The notes under the pieces: model-generated
What the model was told of the DNA's origin: nothing
Database searches by the model: none
The model's input: the letters and a program-made list of their open reading frames with translations, nothing else
Translations under genes and position numbers: made by a program
DNA from: Pseudomonadota bacterium
Lineage (GTDB): Bacteria > Pseudomonadota > Gammaproteobacteria > UBA12402
Length of the DNA: 61,109 nucleotides
Reading direction: 5' to 3'
NCBI GenBank assembly: GCA_038043025.1
Contig: JBBTCW010000003.1
Location: 1 to 61,109 of the forward strand
Shown: positions 1 through 12,115 of the stretch, one piece after another
Numbering within the stretch: the stretch's first letter is position 1
How the letters are laid out: each line of letters opens with the position of its first letter

Positions 1-101
1 CCAGGATTGAAATCATGATAAACTTATGTATAAACCCATGCTGCTTGCAGCGGGGGATTTTTATTCAAGATCTTTTTTAAAGCGTAAAAGAGGGGGTTGT
101 T

Positions 102-2336
<2,235 letters not shown>

Positions 2337-2432
2337 TTCATTTGACCTACGAGGGCAACCAGCATGATTCGAAGATTTTTACTTCTATAAATAAAAGTGC
2401 ACTACTTGTGAGACTTATTTCGTGCATGTTCC

Positions 2433-2933
2433 TTAATAGCGGCGCTTCTTTGGAAGCAAGCAGTATGTCACCCATGCAAGTGAGTAGATATTTTTCTTGT
2501 CTGCGAGATGTTCAATGCGCTCGACTTCTTGCCATTGTCTCTTATCAAAATCGGGAAAAGTCACATCCCCCTCAATGTCGGCATCAATGTATGTAAGGTA
2601 CATTTTGGCGGTTATGGGTAATGCCTGCGCATAAAGACTCTTGCCGCCAATAACCATGATATCCTCGCTGTCAGCAGAATCTATCGCGGCCTGTAGGGAA
2701 TGGAGTATTTTACATCCGGGCGCTTGGTAATTTTGGTTCGATGTGACTATAATGTTGTCACGCTGCGGCAGTGGATGGCCGATGGATTCATAGGTTTTTC
2801 GACCCATGATGATCGATTTATGCAGCGTTAATCGCTTAAAATGCGCCAGGTCAGCGGGTAAATACCAGGGCAGTCTGTTTTTGCAACCGATGACGTTGTT
2901 TTTGGCGATGGCGGCAACAATAATAATATTCAT
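2433..2933 (-). CDS. folA: Dihydrofolate reductase
   Basis: IG..N.LPW.LPADLAHFK, IMGRKTYESI, LPQR.NII, VIGG and GD..FP motifs; start moved to ATG 2933 (MNIIIVAA). Confidence 0.95.
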   Translation of the reverse strand: MNIIIVAAIAKNNVIGCKNRLPWYLPADLAHFKRLTLHKSIIMGRKTYESIGHPLPQRDNIIVTSNQNYQAPGCKILHSLQAAIDSADSEDIMVIGGKSLYAQALPITAKMYLTYIDADIEGDVTFPDFDKRQWQEVERIEHLADKKNIYSLAWVTYCLLPKKRRY

Positions 2934-2963
2934 GTTATTAATGTTAAAATATCGGATCACTTT

Positions 2964-3527
2964 ATGAAAGAACAATTATTGTCTTATTCATCTGTTTTAG
3001 AGCTGTTGGGCAATGAAACGCGCTCAACGTTGCCGGCAGAATTGCACGGATTTATTTGCGGCGTGCTCGCGGGCAACGGTAACTTGAACGAAGCACAAAA
3101 ATTTAAGTTGATGACGGATTTGTTGGCCGAAGAAATTGAATATGAAACATTGCCAAAAGAAATTGTCGATTTAATTTTAACAAGCAAAATGCAATTGCAA
3201 GATGCCGATTTTGAATTTCAACTATTGTTACCCAGTGATGACGATGATTTAGCCGTTCGATTAACCGCGTTGGCACTTTGGTGTCAAAGTTTTGTGGAAG
3301 GCTTAGGAATGTCTGGTTTGCAACAAAGCGCTATTGAGCGTGCAAACTTATCCGAAGCTATTCAAGATTTAACTGAAATCGCGAATGTGAATACGCAAAA
3401 TCTTGATGATGACGAAACAGTCGAATTTGATTTTATAGCAGTTGTGGAACATGTTCGTGCGTCGGCATTATTAATTCACATGGAAAACGCAACCAAGATA
3501 GAAGAAATAACAGAAGCGGTTCATTAA
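2964..3527 (+). CDS. ygfB: UPF0149 family protein (YgfB-like)
   Basis: AELHG.ICG.LAG, FQLLLP, L..WCQSF..GLG and EHVR motifs; sits directly upstream of pepP as in other gammaproteobacteria. Confidence 0.85.
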   Translation: MKEQLLSYSSVLELLGNETRSTLPAELHGFICGVLAGNGNLNEAQKFKLMTDLLAEEIEYETLPKEIVDLILTSKMQLQDADFEFQLLLPSDDDDLAVRLTALALWCQSFVEGLGMSGLQQSAIERANLSEAIQDLTEIANVNTQNLDDDETVEFDFIAVVEHVRASALLIHMENATKIEEITEAVH

Positions 3528-3537
3528 AGGTTTTTAT

Positions 3538-4851
3538 ATGTTACCCCAAGAAGTTTTCAAAAAACGCCGACAGAAATTATTTGATGCGATGATTGATCGT
3601 AGTGTATCTATCGTTGTTAGCGCGCCTGAACATGTGCGCACAAACGATGTTGAATCGGCTTATCGCCAAGACAGTAATTTTTATTATTTAACCGGTGTTA
3701 AAGAGTCGCATTGCGTTGCTGTTTTTTTTAAGACAAAAGATCAATGCGTTTATTATTTGTTTAGCCGTGTGAGCGATCCGTTGCAGCGTCAATGGTTTGG
3801 CGATTTGATGGGACAAGAGGGCGCGATATCACACTATGGGGCGGACAGTGCATTTCCACTGGATTTGCTCGATGAAAAAATGCTGACATTATTAGGCAAT
3901 TGTCAGCGCGTCTATTATAGTTTTGGTCGTCGACCCGAATTTGATGCGAGATTTAATACCTGGATTGTTGCATTGCGCAAAAAAGTACGCGCCGCCATTA
4001 ACGCGCCGCATGAAATTGTCAATTTAGATAAAATTGTATACGAGATGCGTTTAATTAAAGACGCCGATGAATTAGCATTGATACAAAAAGCCGTCGACAT
4101 CTGCGGTCAAGCGCAAATACGCGCGCTCAAAGCATGCAAGCCTGGTATGTATGAATATGAATTGGAAGCTGACATTCGCCATGAATTTGTTAAGCATGGC
4201 GCGATGCATGTGTCGTTTGAGCCGATTATTGCCGGTGGTGCAAACGCCTGTACGCTGCATTACGGTGCGAATAATCAAAAATTGAATGACGGTGATTTAG
4301 TGCTCGTCGATATTGGTTGTGAATACGATTATTATGCGTCGGACTTAACGCGCATGTTTCCCGTGAGCGGAAAATTTTCGCCCGAACAAAAAGCAATTTA
4401 TGAATTAGTGCTCGAGGCGCAATGCGCGGCGATTGAAAAAATCGGGCCAAAATACGCTGTCGGAGATGCGCATAACGCTTCTGTTGAAGTGATTACGCGA
4501 GGCTTATGTCAGCTGGGAATTTTGCAAGGTGATGAGGAGACATTAATAAAAGCAGAAGCCTACAAGCCGTTTTATATGCATCACGTGGGTCATTGGATGG
4601 GATTGGATGCGCATGACGTCGGCGAATATTATATCGATGGCAAAGGTCGTCCGTTGCAGCCAGGCATGATTCAAACTGCCGAACCCGGTATTTATATTAG
4701 CCCGCATACGTCAGGTGTTGATAAAAAATGGTGGGGCATCGGCGTGCGCATCGAAGATGATGTGCTGGTGACGCAAGATGGGCATAAAGTTTTAAGTAGC
4801 GCTGTGCCAAAGACAGTGAATGAGATTGAGAATATGAAGGTTACAAAATGA
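3538..4851 (+). CDS. pepP: Xaa-Pro aminopeptidase P
   Basis: YRQDSNFYYLTG N-domain; M24B motifs LHY, DIGCE..YASD.TR, HHVGHWMGLDAHD, EPGIY, GVRIEDD. Confidence 0.95.
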   Translation: MLPQEVFKKRRQKLFDAMIDRSVSIVVSAPEHVRTNDVESAYRQDSNFYYLTGVKESHCVAVFFKTKDQCVYYLFSRVSDPLQRQWFGDLMGQEGAISHYGADSAFPLDLLDEKMLTLLGNCQRVYYSFGRRPEFDARFNTWIVALRKKVRAAINAPHEIVNLDKIVYEMRLIKDADELALIQKAVDICGQAQIRALKACKPGMYEYELEADIRHEFVKHGAMHVSFEPIIAGGANACTLHYGANNQKLNDGDLVLVDIGCEYDYYASDLTRMFPVSGKFSPEQKAIYELVLEAQCAAIEKIGPKYAVGDAHNASVEVITRGLCQLGILQGDEETLIKAEAYKPFYMHHVGHWMGLDAHDVGEYYIDGKGRPLQPGMIQTAEPGIYISPHTSGVDKKWWGIGVRIEDDVLVTQDGHKVLSSAVPKTVNEIENMKVTK

Positions 4852-6077
4852 CCCTGATCACAGATGAAAATATGACTAAAATGCAGTCTTCTTCTGTTCC
4901 ACCGCGTTTTGTCATGATCATGATTTTTATCGTGCCGTTTTTAATGGGCATAGGAATCGATCTTTATGTTCCATCATTTCCTCATATCGCGAGTTATTTT
5001 CAAGTAAGCAGCGGTCTAGTACAGCTTACGGTAGCCTTTTATGTGATAGCTAATGGAATGGGACAATTAATTTTAGGAGTTATATCAGACAGCTTGGGCA
5101 GAAAAAAAATTCTATTAATGAGTTCATTATTTTATACTATCGTTAGTTTTTTAGCTGTTTTCTCACCCAACATCTATTTTCTAATTTTCTGTCGATTTTT
5201 ACAAGGCTTGGGTATATCAGGTCTTGCCGCGGTATCTCGTGCGGTTGCTGCTGATTGTTTTTCGGGTAAAGATTTAGCGAAAGCCATGATCTATATGTCC
5301 ATTGGATGGGCACTCGGCCCGCTGATAGGACCTGTTATTGGCAGTTATCTGCAACATTATTTTGATTGGCAAGCCAATTTTTATTTCTTTAGTTTTTATG
5401 GATTAATTATTTTTATTTATATGTACGCATTGCTACCGGAAACGCATTTTAAACGATCCTCGATTCAGCTGAAAGAAATGTGCTGTGGTATAAAAAAAGT
5501 TATTTTTCATCCCATTTTCTTTTTTGGAATCTTATTGTTGGCTCTCATTTATTCTGTTCTTATTTTATTTAATCTCATAGGTCCATTTTTAATACAAAAT
5601 GTTTTACATTTCTCTGTGGTTGCTTACGGCAAAGTAGCTTTATTCTTAGGAGGAGGCTATCTTTTAGGCAACCTATTTAATAGACTTTTGATCCATCATT
5701 TTGAGCCGACAGATATAGCAGTTTTTGGCCTTATCGGCGGTACTTTGATAAGCGCTTTAATGGTTATTTTAAGTATTACAAATTCGATGAATTTATACAT
5801 CATCATCATTCCCGTATTTTTATTGCTTTTCATGAGCGCACTGATCTTTCCCCACATTCAAGCAAAATGTTTTAGCTTATTTTCTTTTCAGCTGGCGGGA
5901 ACTGCTAGCGCAGTATATGGTTTTTTACTCGCGAGCGGTGGTTTTTTATTAACGCTTTTTGTTACCACATTGCCACTGAATTCGCAAAAACCTATGGCAT
6001 TAGTTTATTTAGGTCTTTTTTCATTATCCATATTAATGTACTTAATGATGCATCATTTTGATAGTGAGGTAGGTTGA
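4848..6077 (+). CDS. Bcr/CflA-family MFS multidrug efflux transporter
   Basis: IDLYVPSFP, G.ISD.LGRK motif A, RFLQG, GPLIG, W...F and LPET motifs; about 12 hydrophobic segments; ATGA overlap with the pepP stop. Confidence 0.85.
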   Translation: MTLITDENMTKMQSSSVPPRFVMIMIFIVPFLMGIGIDLYVPSFPHIASYFQVSSGLVQLTVAFYVIANGMGQLILGVISDSLGRKKILLMSSLFYTIVSFLAVFSPNIYFLIFCRFLQGLGISGLAAVSRAVAADCFSGKDLAKAMIYMSIGWALGPLIGPVIGSYLQHYFDWQANFYFFSFYGLIIFIYMYALLPETHFKRSSIQLKEMCCGIKKVIFHPIFFFGILLLALIYSVLILFNLIGPFLIQNVLHFSVVAYGKVALFLGGGYLLGNLFNRLLIHHFEPTDIAVFGLIGGTLISALMVILSITNSMNLYIIIIPVFLLLFMSALIFPHIQAKCFSLFSFQLAGTASAVYGFLLASGGFLLTLFVTTLPLNSQKPMALVYLGLFSLSILMYLMMHHFDSEVG

Positions 6078-6133
6078 TGCTGAGCGCGGTAGGTTGGGCT
6101 GAGCAAAGCCCAGCATGGGCGACTAATACCTAC
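6069..6133. repeat. GTAG-type REP-like palindrome(s)
   Basis: GTAGGTTGATGCTGAGC followed by GTAGGTTGGGCTGAGCAAAGCCCAGC (hairpin TGGGCT/AGCCCA) and a closing CCTAC. Confidence 0.5.
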
Positions 6134-6216
6134 AAGAGGCAAAATAGTCCTTGCCTTTTTATCGATTTTGGGTTGAAATATGTCGAATATGATCTATCCT
6201 GAATGGGAGTCCCCTT

Positions 6217-6540
6217 ATGAGTAGCCTTCAATCCGTCACCGACGCTGATTTTAAGTCCGAAGTCTTGCAATCCGGTATCCCCGTTTTAGTAGACTTTTGG
6301 GCAACGTGGTGCGGGCCTTGTAAGACATTCGGCTTGGTGTTGGATGAGGTGGCGCCGAGTTATGCGGGGCGGGTTAAGTTTGTCAAAGTGGATGTTGATC
6401 ATGCTGGTCAAACAGCCGCTAAATATGGTATTCGTAGTGTTCCGACGGTGATGATTTTTCAAGATGGAAAGATAAAATCAACGCAGGTGGGTGGACTTTC
6501 AAAATCACAGTTGACAGGCTTCTTGAATAGTAATATATAG
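6217..6540 (+). CDS. trxA: Thioredoxin
   Basis: VDFWATWCGPCK and YGIRSVPT; upstream of rho. Confidence 0.97.
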   Translation: MSSLQSVTDADFKSEVLQSGIPVLVDFWATWCGPCKTFGLVLDEVAPSYAGRVKFVKVDVDHAGQTAAKYGIRSVPTVMIFQDGKIKSTQVGGLSKSQLTGFLNSNI

Positions 6541-6700
6541 TAAACCAGACAGGGAAGTACAACATAAACGTCAGGGATCGGGCGTGCATACAATCTAATA
6601 ATATAAACACGCATATCTTATATATTTAATTTTTTTTATTTCAGAATCCGATTTTTCAAGATCATTTAGCTTTTTTAATCAACCAAATAAGAGTGAATTT

Positions 6701-7960
6701 ATGAATTTAGCAGAACTAAAGACAAAACCGCTATCAGAACTTGTTCAAATGGCAGATGACATGAAGATCGAGCAGATTGGTCGCATGCGCAAACAAGAAG
6801 TTATTTTTAAAATTCTCAAAGAACATGCGGCGAGTGGAGCCGATATTTTTGGAGATGGCGTATTAGAAATTTTGCCAGATGGATTTGGTTTTTTGCGTTC
6901 CGCCGATGGATCTTATTTAGCGGGGCCGGATGATATTTATGTGTCGCCCAGCCAGATTCGACGATTCAATTTACATACGGGTGATACGATTGAAGGGAAG
7001 ATTCGGCCGCCGAAAGAGAGTGAACGTTATTTTGCGATGTTACAGGTGGACAGTATTAATTTTGATAAGCCTGAAAATGCGAAAAACAAATTCTTATTCG
7101 AAAATTTAACGCCACTCTTTGCCAACGAGCGTTTTGTGATGCAGCGTGGCAATGGCAGTACTGAAGATTTATCTGCGCGCATCATCGATTTGGTTGCGCC
7201 GTTCGGCAAGGGACAGCGTGGATTGATTGTTTCACCGCCGAAGGCTGGTAAAACTATGATACTGCAAAATATTGCGCATTCGATTTCACATAATTATCCC
7301 GATGCGCATTTGATTGTTTTGTTGATTGATGAGCGTCCAGAAGAAGTCACCGAAATGCGTCGTTCCGTGCGCGGAGAGGTGGTGGCGAGTACATTTGATG
7401 AGCCCGCGAATCGTCACGTGCAAGTGGCTGAAATGGTCATTGAAAAAGCGAAACGTTTAGTTGAGCATAAAGCAGACGTGGTGATTTTATTAGATTCGAT
7501 TACTCGTTTGGCTCGCGCGTATAACACCGTTATTCCAGCATCAGGGAAAGTGTTAACCGGTGGTGTGGATGCCAATGCCTTGCAACGACCGAAACGTTTT
7601 TTTGGTGCAGCACGTAACATCGAGGAAGGCGGCAGTTTGACGATTTTAGCAACAGCCTTGATTGAAACGGGTTCCAAGATGGACGATGTTATTTACGAAG
7701 AATTCAAAGGTACCGGTAACATGGAACTACATTTGGATCGTCGTATCTCCGAAAAACGCGTTTACCCAGCGATTAATATTAATCGTTCAGGTACGCGCCG
7801 TGAAGAGTTGTTGGTAGGCGCCGCTGAACTACAAAAGGTGTGGATATTGCGCAAGTTATTGCATCCGATGGATGAACTTGCTGCCATCGAATTCTTAATC
7901 GATCGATTGCTCACGTCAAAAACAAACGAAGAGTTCTTTGAAGCGATGAAGCGCGGGTAA
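6701..7960 (+). CDS. rho: Transcription termination factor Rho
   Basis: [27 protein letters not shown] and [11 protein letters not shown]; 419 aa. Confidence 0.99.
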   Translation: MNLAELKTKPLSELVQMADDMKIEQIGRMRKQEVIFKILKEHAASGADIFGDGVLEILPDGFGFLRSADGSYLAGPDDIYVSPSQIRRFNLHTGDTIEGKIRPPKESERYFAMLQVDSINFDKPENAKNKFLFENLTPLFANERFVMQRGNGSTEDLSARIIDLVAPFGKGQRGLIVSPPKAGKTMILQNIAHSISHNYPDAHLIVLLIDERPEEVTEMRRSVRGEVVASTFDEPANRHVQVAEMVIEKAKRLVEHKADVVILLDSITRLARAYNTVIPASGKVLTGGVDANALQRPKRFFGAARNIEEGGSLTILATALIETGSKMDDVIYEEFKGTGNMELHLDRRISEKRVYPAININRSGTRREELLVGAAELQKVWILRKLLHPMDELAAIEFLIDRLLTSKTNEEFFEAMKRG

Positions 7961-8007
7961 GGGTGCTTGTTCGCATGAGTTTTGAGAAACGAAGCATCCA
8001 GAACGTT

Positions 8008-8166
8008 GTCATCCCGCGACTTGATCGCGGGATCCAGAAAAATTTATATTAAAGATTATAATAACGGAATACCGTTATTATAATCACTGGATACCGGCTT
8101 TCGCCGGTCTGACGAAAGTCTTGATGCCGCGGTTAAAACGCTTATGCGGTTAAACCGCGGCATGAC
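8008..8166. repeat. Cluster of CGTC-type REP / RPE-like palindromes plus a perfect 14-bp-stem hairpin between convergent rho and rpoH
   Basis: GTCATCCCGCGACTTGATCGCGGGATCCAG (8008-8037); GATTATAATAACGG-AATA-CCGTTATTATAATC (8054-8085); CTGGATACCGGCTTTCGCCGGTCTGAC (8087-8113); GATGCCGCGG...CCGCGGCATGAC (8123-8166). Confidence 0.8.
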
Positions 8167-8174
8167 AGCCTTGC

Positions 8175-9032
8175 TTAGGCTGCAACACGCATCAATGATT
8201 TCAACTTCTTAATCGCAGCTAGTTCGAGTTGGCGAACGCGTTCAATAGAAACGTTAAACTGTGTGGCAAGATCTTGTAGGGTTACTTTTGATTCGGTAAG
8301 CCAACGTGCCTGAATAATAGTTTGACTGCGATTATCTAATTTTTGAATCGCGATCATTAATTGTTTTTGATTGTCTTGTTCGGCATCAGTGATTTCTACT
8401 AATTGCGCAGGATTTTGTGATTGATTCGTTAAATAGTGAACTGGCGCAGAAAAATCATTCTCATCTTCTGCATCAAACGCGGCATCATGCGCGTTGAGAC
8501 GTTGCTCCATTTCACGCACCGTTTCGGGTTTTACATTTAATGTTCGCGCGACGTCATCGATTTCTTGTTTTGTAAACCAGCCTAAGCGTTTTTTTGATTT
8601 GCGCAAATTAAAAAATAATTTGCGTTGGGCTTTGGTCGTGGCGATCTTTACAATGCGCCAATTTTTTAGAATAAATTCATGTATTTCGGCTTTAATCCAA
8701 TGCACGGCAAATGACACCAAGCGGACACCCATTGATGGATCAAACCGTTTCACGGCTTTCATCAAGCCTACATTACCTTCTTGAATTAAATCAGCCAATG
8801 CTAAACCATAACCCATATAATTTTTTGCTACTTTGGCGACAAAACGCAAATGCGTTAAAACGAGCTTTCTGGCGGCTTCGATATCATTACTTTCACGCAA
8901 GCGTATTGCCAGCGCACACTCTTCCTCGGTGGATAGCATGGGCAAGCCATAGATGCGCTGCAGATAGCCATCCAGACTGCCCAGGCTGCCAATGGGCAGC
9001 GTCATATCGATTGTTTGTAATTGTGTACTCAT
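8175..9032 (-). CDS. rpoH: RNA polymerase sigma-32 factor
   Basis: [19 protein letters not shown]; RpoH box QRKLFFNLR; follows ftsYEX; start placed at ATG 9032. Confidence 0.97.
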   Translation of the reverse strand: MSTQLQTIDMTLPIGSLGSLDGYLQRIYGLPMLSTEEECALAIRLRESNDIEAARKLVLTHLRFVAKVAKNYMGYGLALADLIQEGNVGLMKAVKRFDPSMGVRLVSFAVHWIKAEIHEFILKNWRIVKIATTKAQRKLFFNLRKSKKRLGWFTKQEIDDVARTLNVKPETVREMEQRLNAHDAAFDAEDENDFSAPVHYLTNQSQNPAQLVEITDAEQDNQKQLMIAIQKLDNRSQTIIQARWLTESKVTLQDLATQFNVSIERVRQLELAAIKKLKSLMRVAA

Positions 9033-9040
9033 GACCAACC

Positions 9041-9049
9041 ATTATAGCA
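9041..9049 (-). promoter_or_regulatory. Extended -10 promoter of rpoH (TGcTATAAT)
   Basis: Minus strand reads TGCTATAAT, 8 nt before the ATG, with no Shine-Dalgarno. Confidence 0.55.
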
Positions 9050-9081
9050 ATTTGACCGAATTTGTGAACATAATTTGCATC

Positions 9082-9256
9082 CGAGCTCTGAGCTGCTAAT
9101 GTGCAAAAAATATACTTGCCAGCTCTGAGCTGCTGAGAGCTAGTCATGGCAAGGGTTTTACTCCCCCCTCGCAGCTCTGAGCGGCTGAGAAACGCGCGCG
9201 CAGCTCTGAGCTGCCGAAATCCAGTCGTAGCAAGGAGTATAGCAGCTCAGAGCTGC
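9082..9256. repeat. Five copies of the 15-bp palindrome GCAGCTCWGAGCTGC
   Basis: Copies start at 9082, 9119, 9171, 9200 and 9242 in the ftsX-rpoH spacer. Confidence 0.9.
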
Positions 9257-9274
9257 TGAGAAATAATTAGCGAA

Positions 9275-10222
9275 TTAGCGGGGGGTGTCGACGTTTCGAA
9301 TATAGCGAGATACAGACAGTCTCGAGCCAAAATAGCCAAGCAGCATGCCGCCGCCGAGTAGCAAGACGGTTAAGCGTAGATTAAGCCCAGTGATGTTGAA
9401 GGTGGCACCGTATAAATTGGCGAGCTCCGTCATGGGGTTTTGCAATGTCCAAATTACCCCGCTAATTAATAACCAGGCGATGATGCCACCGAATAAACCA
9501 TAAAACATGCCATTATATAAAAAAGGGCGAGCAATAAATCGGTTGGTTCCACCCAGCAATTTAATCACGCGAATTTCATCTTGATAATTTTGCGTGTTGA
9601 GACGAATAGTATAAGAAATAATAAGCAAAACAGCAAAGAAAAATATTGTCATGATCACGTAAGCGAGATGATGGCCAAAAAGCACCATCGCATTTAATTT
9701 ATTTAACCAATTCATATCGAGCTGAGCTGAGTCTACGTTGTGGATGTTTTCGAGTTGCGTTAATAAATTTTGTGCTTGCGCGGTCGTGTTGATGGAAGGT
9801 TTCGGATAAACAATAAAAACACCGGGCAATGGGTTATCTTTTAATTCTGCTAACACATCACCGAAGCCGGCTTGTTGTTGAAATTCTTTTAAGCCGTTTT
9901 CTGGCGAGATATATTGAAAGTTTTGAATATCAGAATTTGCACGCAGTGTTTGTTCCAACTGTGTGATTTGATCGGTTGAGACGTTCATATTTGTGTATAG
10001 TGTAATTTGCGCGCTGTTATGTAGATTATGGCTGATAACCTGTATATTTTTTAAGAATACGAACAAACCCATGGGCAGTGTGAGTACAACACCGATCACA
10101 ATGCAAGTTAACAATGCGGTAACCGGTGTTATGGTAAAATGTTTTAAGCTTGTTTTTAAGGCTTTTTTATGTTGTGAAATATAATGTACAATCGGCGAAT
10201 GATGTAAGGATTTGTTAAACAT
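9275..10222 (-). CDS. ftsX: Cell division permease FtsX
   Basis: IGVVLTLP TM1, NPLP, and EI.VIKLLGGT..FI.RPFLY.G; start uncertain (10222 or 10240). Confidence 0.93.
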   Translation of the reverse strand: MFNKSLHHSPIVHYISQHKKALKTSLKHFTITPVTALLTCIVIGVVLTLPMGLFVFLKNIQVISHNLHNSAQITLYTNMNVSTDQITQLEQTLRANSDIQNFQYISPENGLKEFQQQAGFGDVLAELKDNPLPGVFIVYPKPSINTTAQAQNLLTQLENIHNVDSAQLDMNWLNKLNAMVLFGHHLAYVIMTIFFFAVLLIISYTIRLNTQNYQDEIRVIKLLGGTNRFIARPFLYNGMFYGLFGGIIAWLLISGVIWTLQNPMTELANLYGATFNITGLNLRLTVLLLGGGMLLGYFGSRLSVSRYIRNVDTPR

Positions 10223-10898
10223 AAATGGTTTCCTTCGCATCTTCGACGAGTTGACCCGTTTGTAATTTTAAGGTGCGATAAGATAAATGCTCGATGACAT
10301 GCGTGTTATGTGATGCAATTAATAACGTTGTGCCCAGTTGATTAAATTGTTCGAGTAAATCAATAATTTCTTTTGATAATTCGGGATCTAAGTTACCCGT
10401 GGGTTCGTCGGCCAGAATAATCGATGGTCGATGAACAATGGCGCGCGCAATGCCAACGCGCTGTTGCTCGCCACACGATAAGTCCTCGGGTTTTTCTTTT
10501 TCATATTCCAATAAGTTCACTTTATCTAATGCCGCGCGCACACGACGGTTAATTTCATGTTGACGAAATCCAGTAATAACGAGCGGTAATGCGACATTAT
10601 CAAATACACTACGTTTCAATAAGAGCTGCGGGTTTTGAAAAATCAATCCAATTTGTCGTCGAAACTTGGGGATTTCTCGCTTTTTCATGCGGTTGATGTT
10701 GCGACCATTGATAATGATATCGCCTTTCGACGGATGTTCAAGTGAACCTAATAGGCGGAGCAGGGTGCTTTTTCCCGCGCCCGAATGGCCGGTTAGAAAT
10801 ACCATTTCGCCCGGTTCTATTTTAAATGTTACGCTCGACAAGGCATTAGCCGTATGGCTGTAATGCTTTGTCAGTTGGCTACAATATATCATTGCCAT
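10215..10898 (-). CDS. ftsE: Cell division ATP-binding protein FtsE
   Basis: GHSGAGKST, LSCGEQQRVGIARA and ILADEPTGNLD; between ftsY and ftsX. Confidence 0.95.
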   Translation of the reverse strand: MAMIYCSQLTKHYSHTANALSSVTFKIEPGEMVFLTGHSGAGKSTLLRLLGSLEHPSKGDIIINGRNINRMKKREIPKFRRQIGLIFQNPQLLLKRSVFDNVALPLVITGFRQHEINRRVRAALDKVNLLEYEKEKPEDLSCGEQQRVGIARAIVHRPSIILADEPTGNLDPELSKEIIDLLEQFNQLGTTLLIASHNTHVIEHLSYRTLKLQTGQLVEDAKETIYV

Positions 10899-11053
10899 TT
10901 TGTTGTATCTCAAATATAACTATTCAGCACAATCCAAAAACGTCCATATTTTGGCGCTTTTTGGTGAAAAATCTCTTCAAAATGCTCATGTACTATCGTG
11001 TACACTCCGCTTTTTCATCGATTTTTCACCAAAAATCATCCAAAATCTGAACG

Positions 11054-12025
11054 TTACCCGTGTTCTTGTTTTTGCGGTGAATAGCTACTCTCAAATAATG
11101 CGTCCACAAAGTCCTTTGCGCAAAAAGGACGCAAATCATCCATTTTTTCACCCACTCCAATAAAACGGATTGGAAGCTTTAATTGTTCGCTTATATTAAA
11201 AATCATACCACCTTTTGCGGTGCCGTCTAACTTTGTCATGATTAAACTATCTAATTTGATGGTTTCATGAAATTGTTTGGCTTGCCGAATCGCATTTTGA
11301 CCAATTCCGGCGTCTAAGACAAGAACAGTTTCATGCGGCGCTGTTGAGTCTAATTTGCCCATAACGCGTTTAATCTTTTTGAGTTCTTCCATCAAATTGT
11401 CTTGTGTATGCAAACGCCCTGCCGTGTCGGCAATGAGCACATCAATATTGCGTGCACGAGTCGCTTGTAAGGCATCAAAAATAACAGCGGCGCTATCGGC
11501 GCCTTTTTTTTGCGCAATCACGGGAATTTTGTTGCGCTCTCCCCAGACCTGTAGTTGTTCGACAGCTGCCGCTCGGAATGTGTCACCTGCTGCCAGCATG
11601 ACGGTGTGTCCGTTCTGTTGAAAATAATGCGCAAGCTTACCGATCGTGGTGGTTTTGCCAGAGCCATTAACACCGACCATTAAAATGACTTGCGGGTGAT
11701 GCGAGAGAATAAGTGGTTGTTCCACGGGTTTTAAAATATCGAGTAACACGGATTTGAGCGTGGCAAAGACATTATTGGCATCATGAATTTCTTTTCGTGA
11801 AATACGTTCCGTTAATTGCTGAATAATTCGATCGGTGACAATAGCGCCCATATCCGCCATTAATAATTGCGTTTCTAACTCTCCTAAAACCGCAGTATCT
11901 AGCGTTTTTTTACCCATGAGAGTATTTGCTATCCCGCCGACTAAACTCTGACGAGTCTTTGTTAACCCGGTTTTAAGTCGCGAAAAAAATGAAGGAGTTT
12001 CTTTTGTTCTTTTCCAGAGTGACAT
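11054..12025 (-). CDS. ftsY: SRP receptor FtsY (NG domain only, no acidic N-terminal extension)
   Basis: GVNGSGKTTTIGK, DTFRAAA, DTAGRLH and TKLDGTAKGG. Confidence 0.97.
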   Translation of the reverse strand: MSLWKRTKETPSFFSRLKTGLTKTRQSLVGGIANTLMGKKTLDTAVLGELETQLLMADMGAIVTDRIIQQLTERISRKEIHDANNVFATLKSVLLDILKPVEQPLILSHHPQVILMVGVNGSGKTTTIGKLAHYFQQNGHTVMLAAGDTFRAAAVEQLQVWGERNKIPVIAQKKGADSAAVIFDALQATRARNIDVLIADTAGRLHTQDNLMEELKKIKRVMGKLDSTAPHETVLVLDAGIGQNAIRQAKQFHETIKLDSLIMTKLDGTAKGGMIFNISEQLKLPIRFIGVGEKMDDLRPFCAKDFVDALFESSYSPQKQEHG

Positions 12026-12115
12026 GAGTGCGTTTAACCTTAGGGTCTGTTAATCATGGCTATTGGTTATCATTATAACATACGGATAGAATTGTAAAAG
12101 CGATATGCGGGCTAG

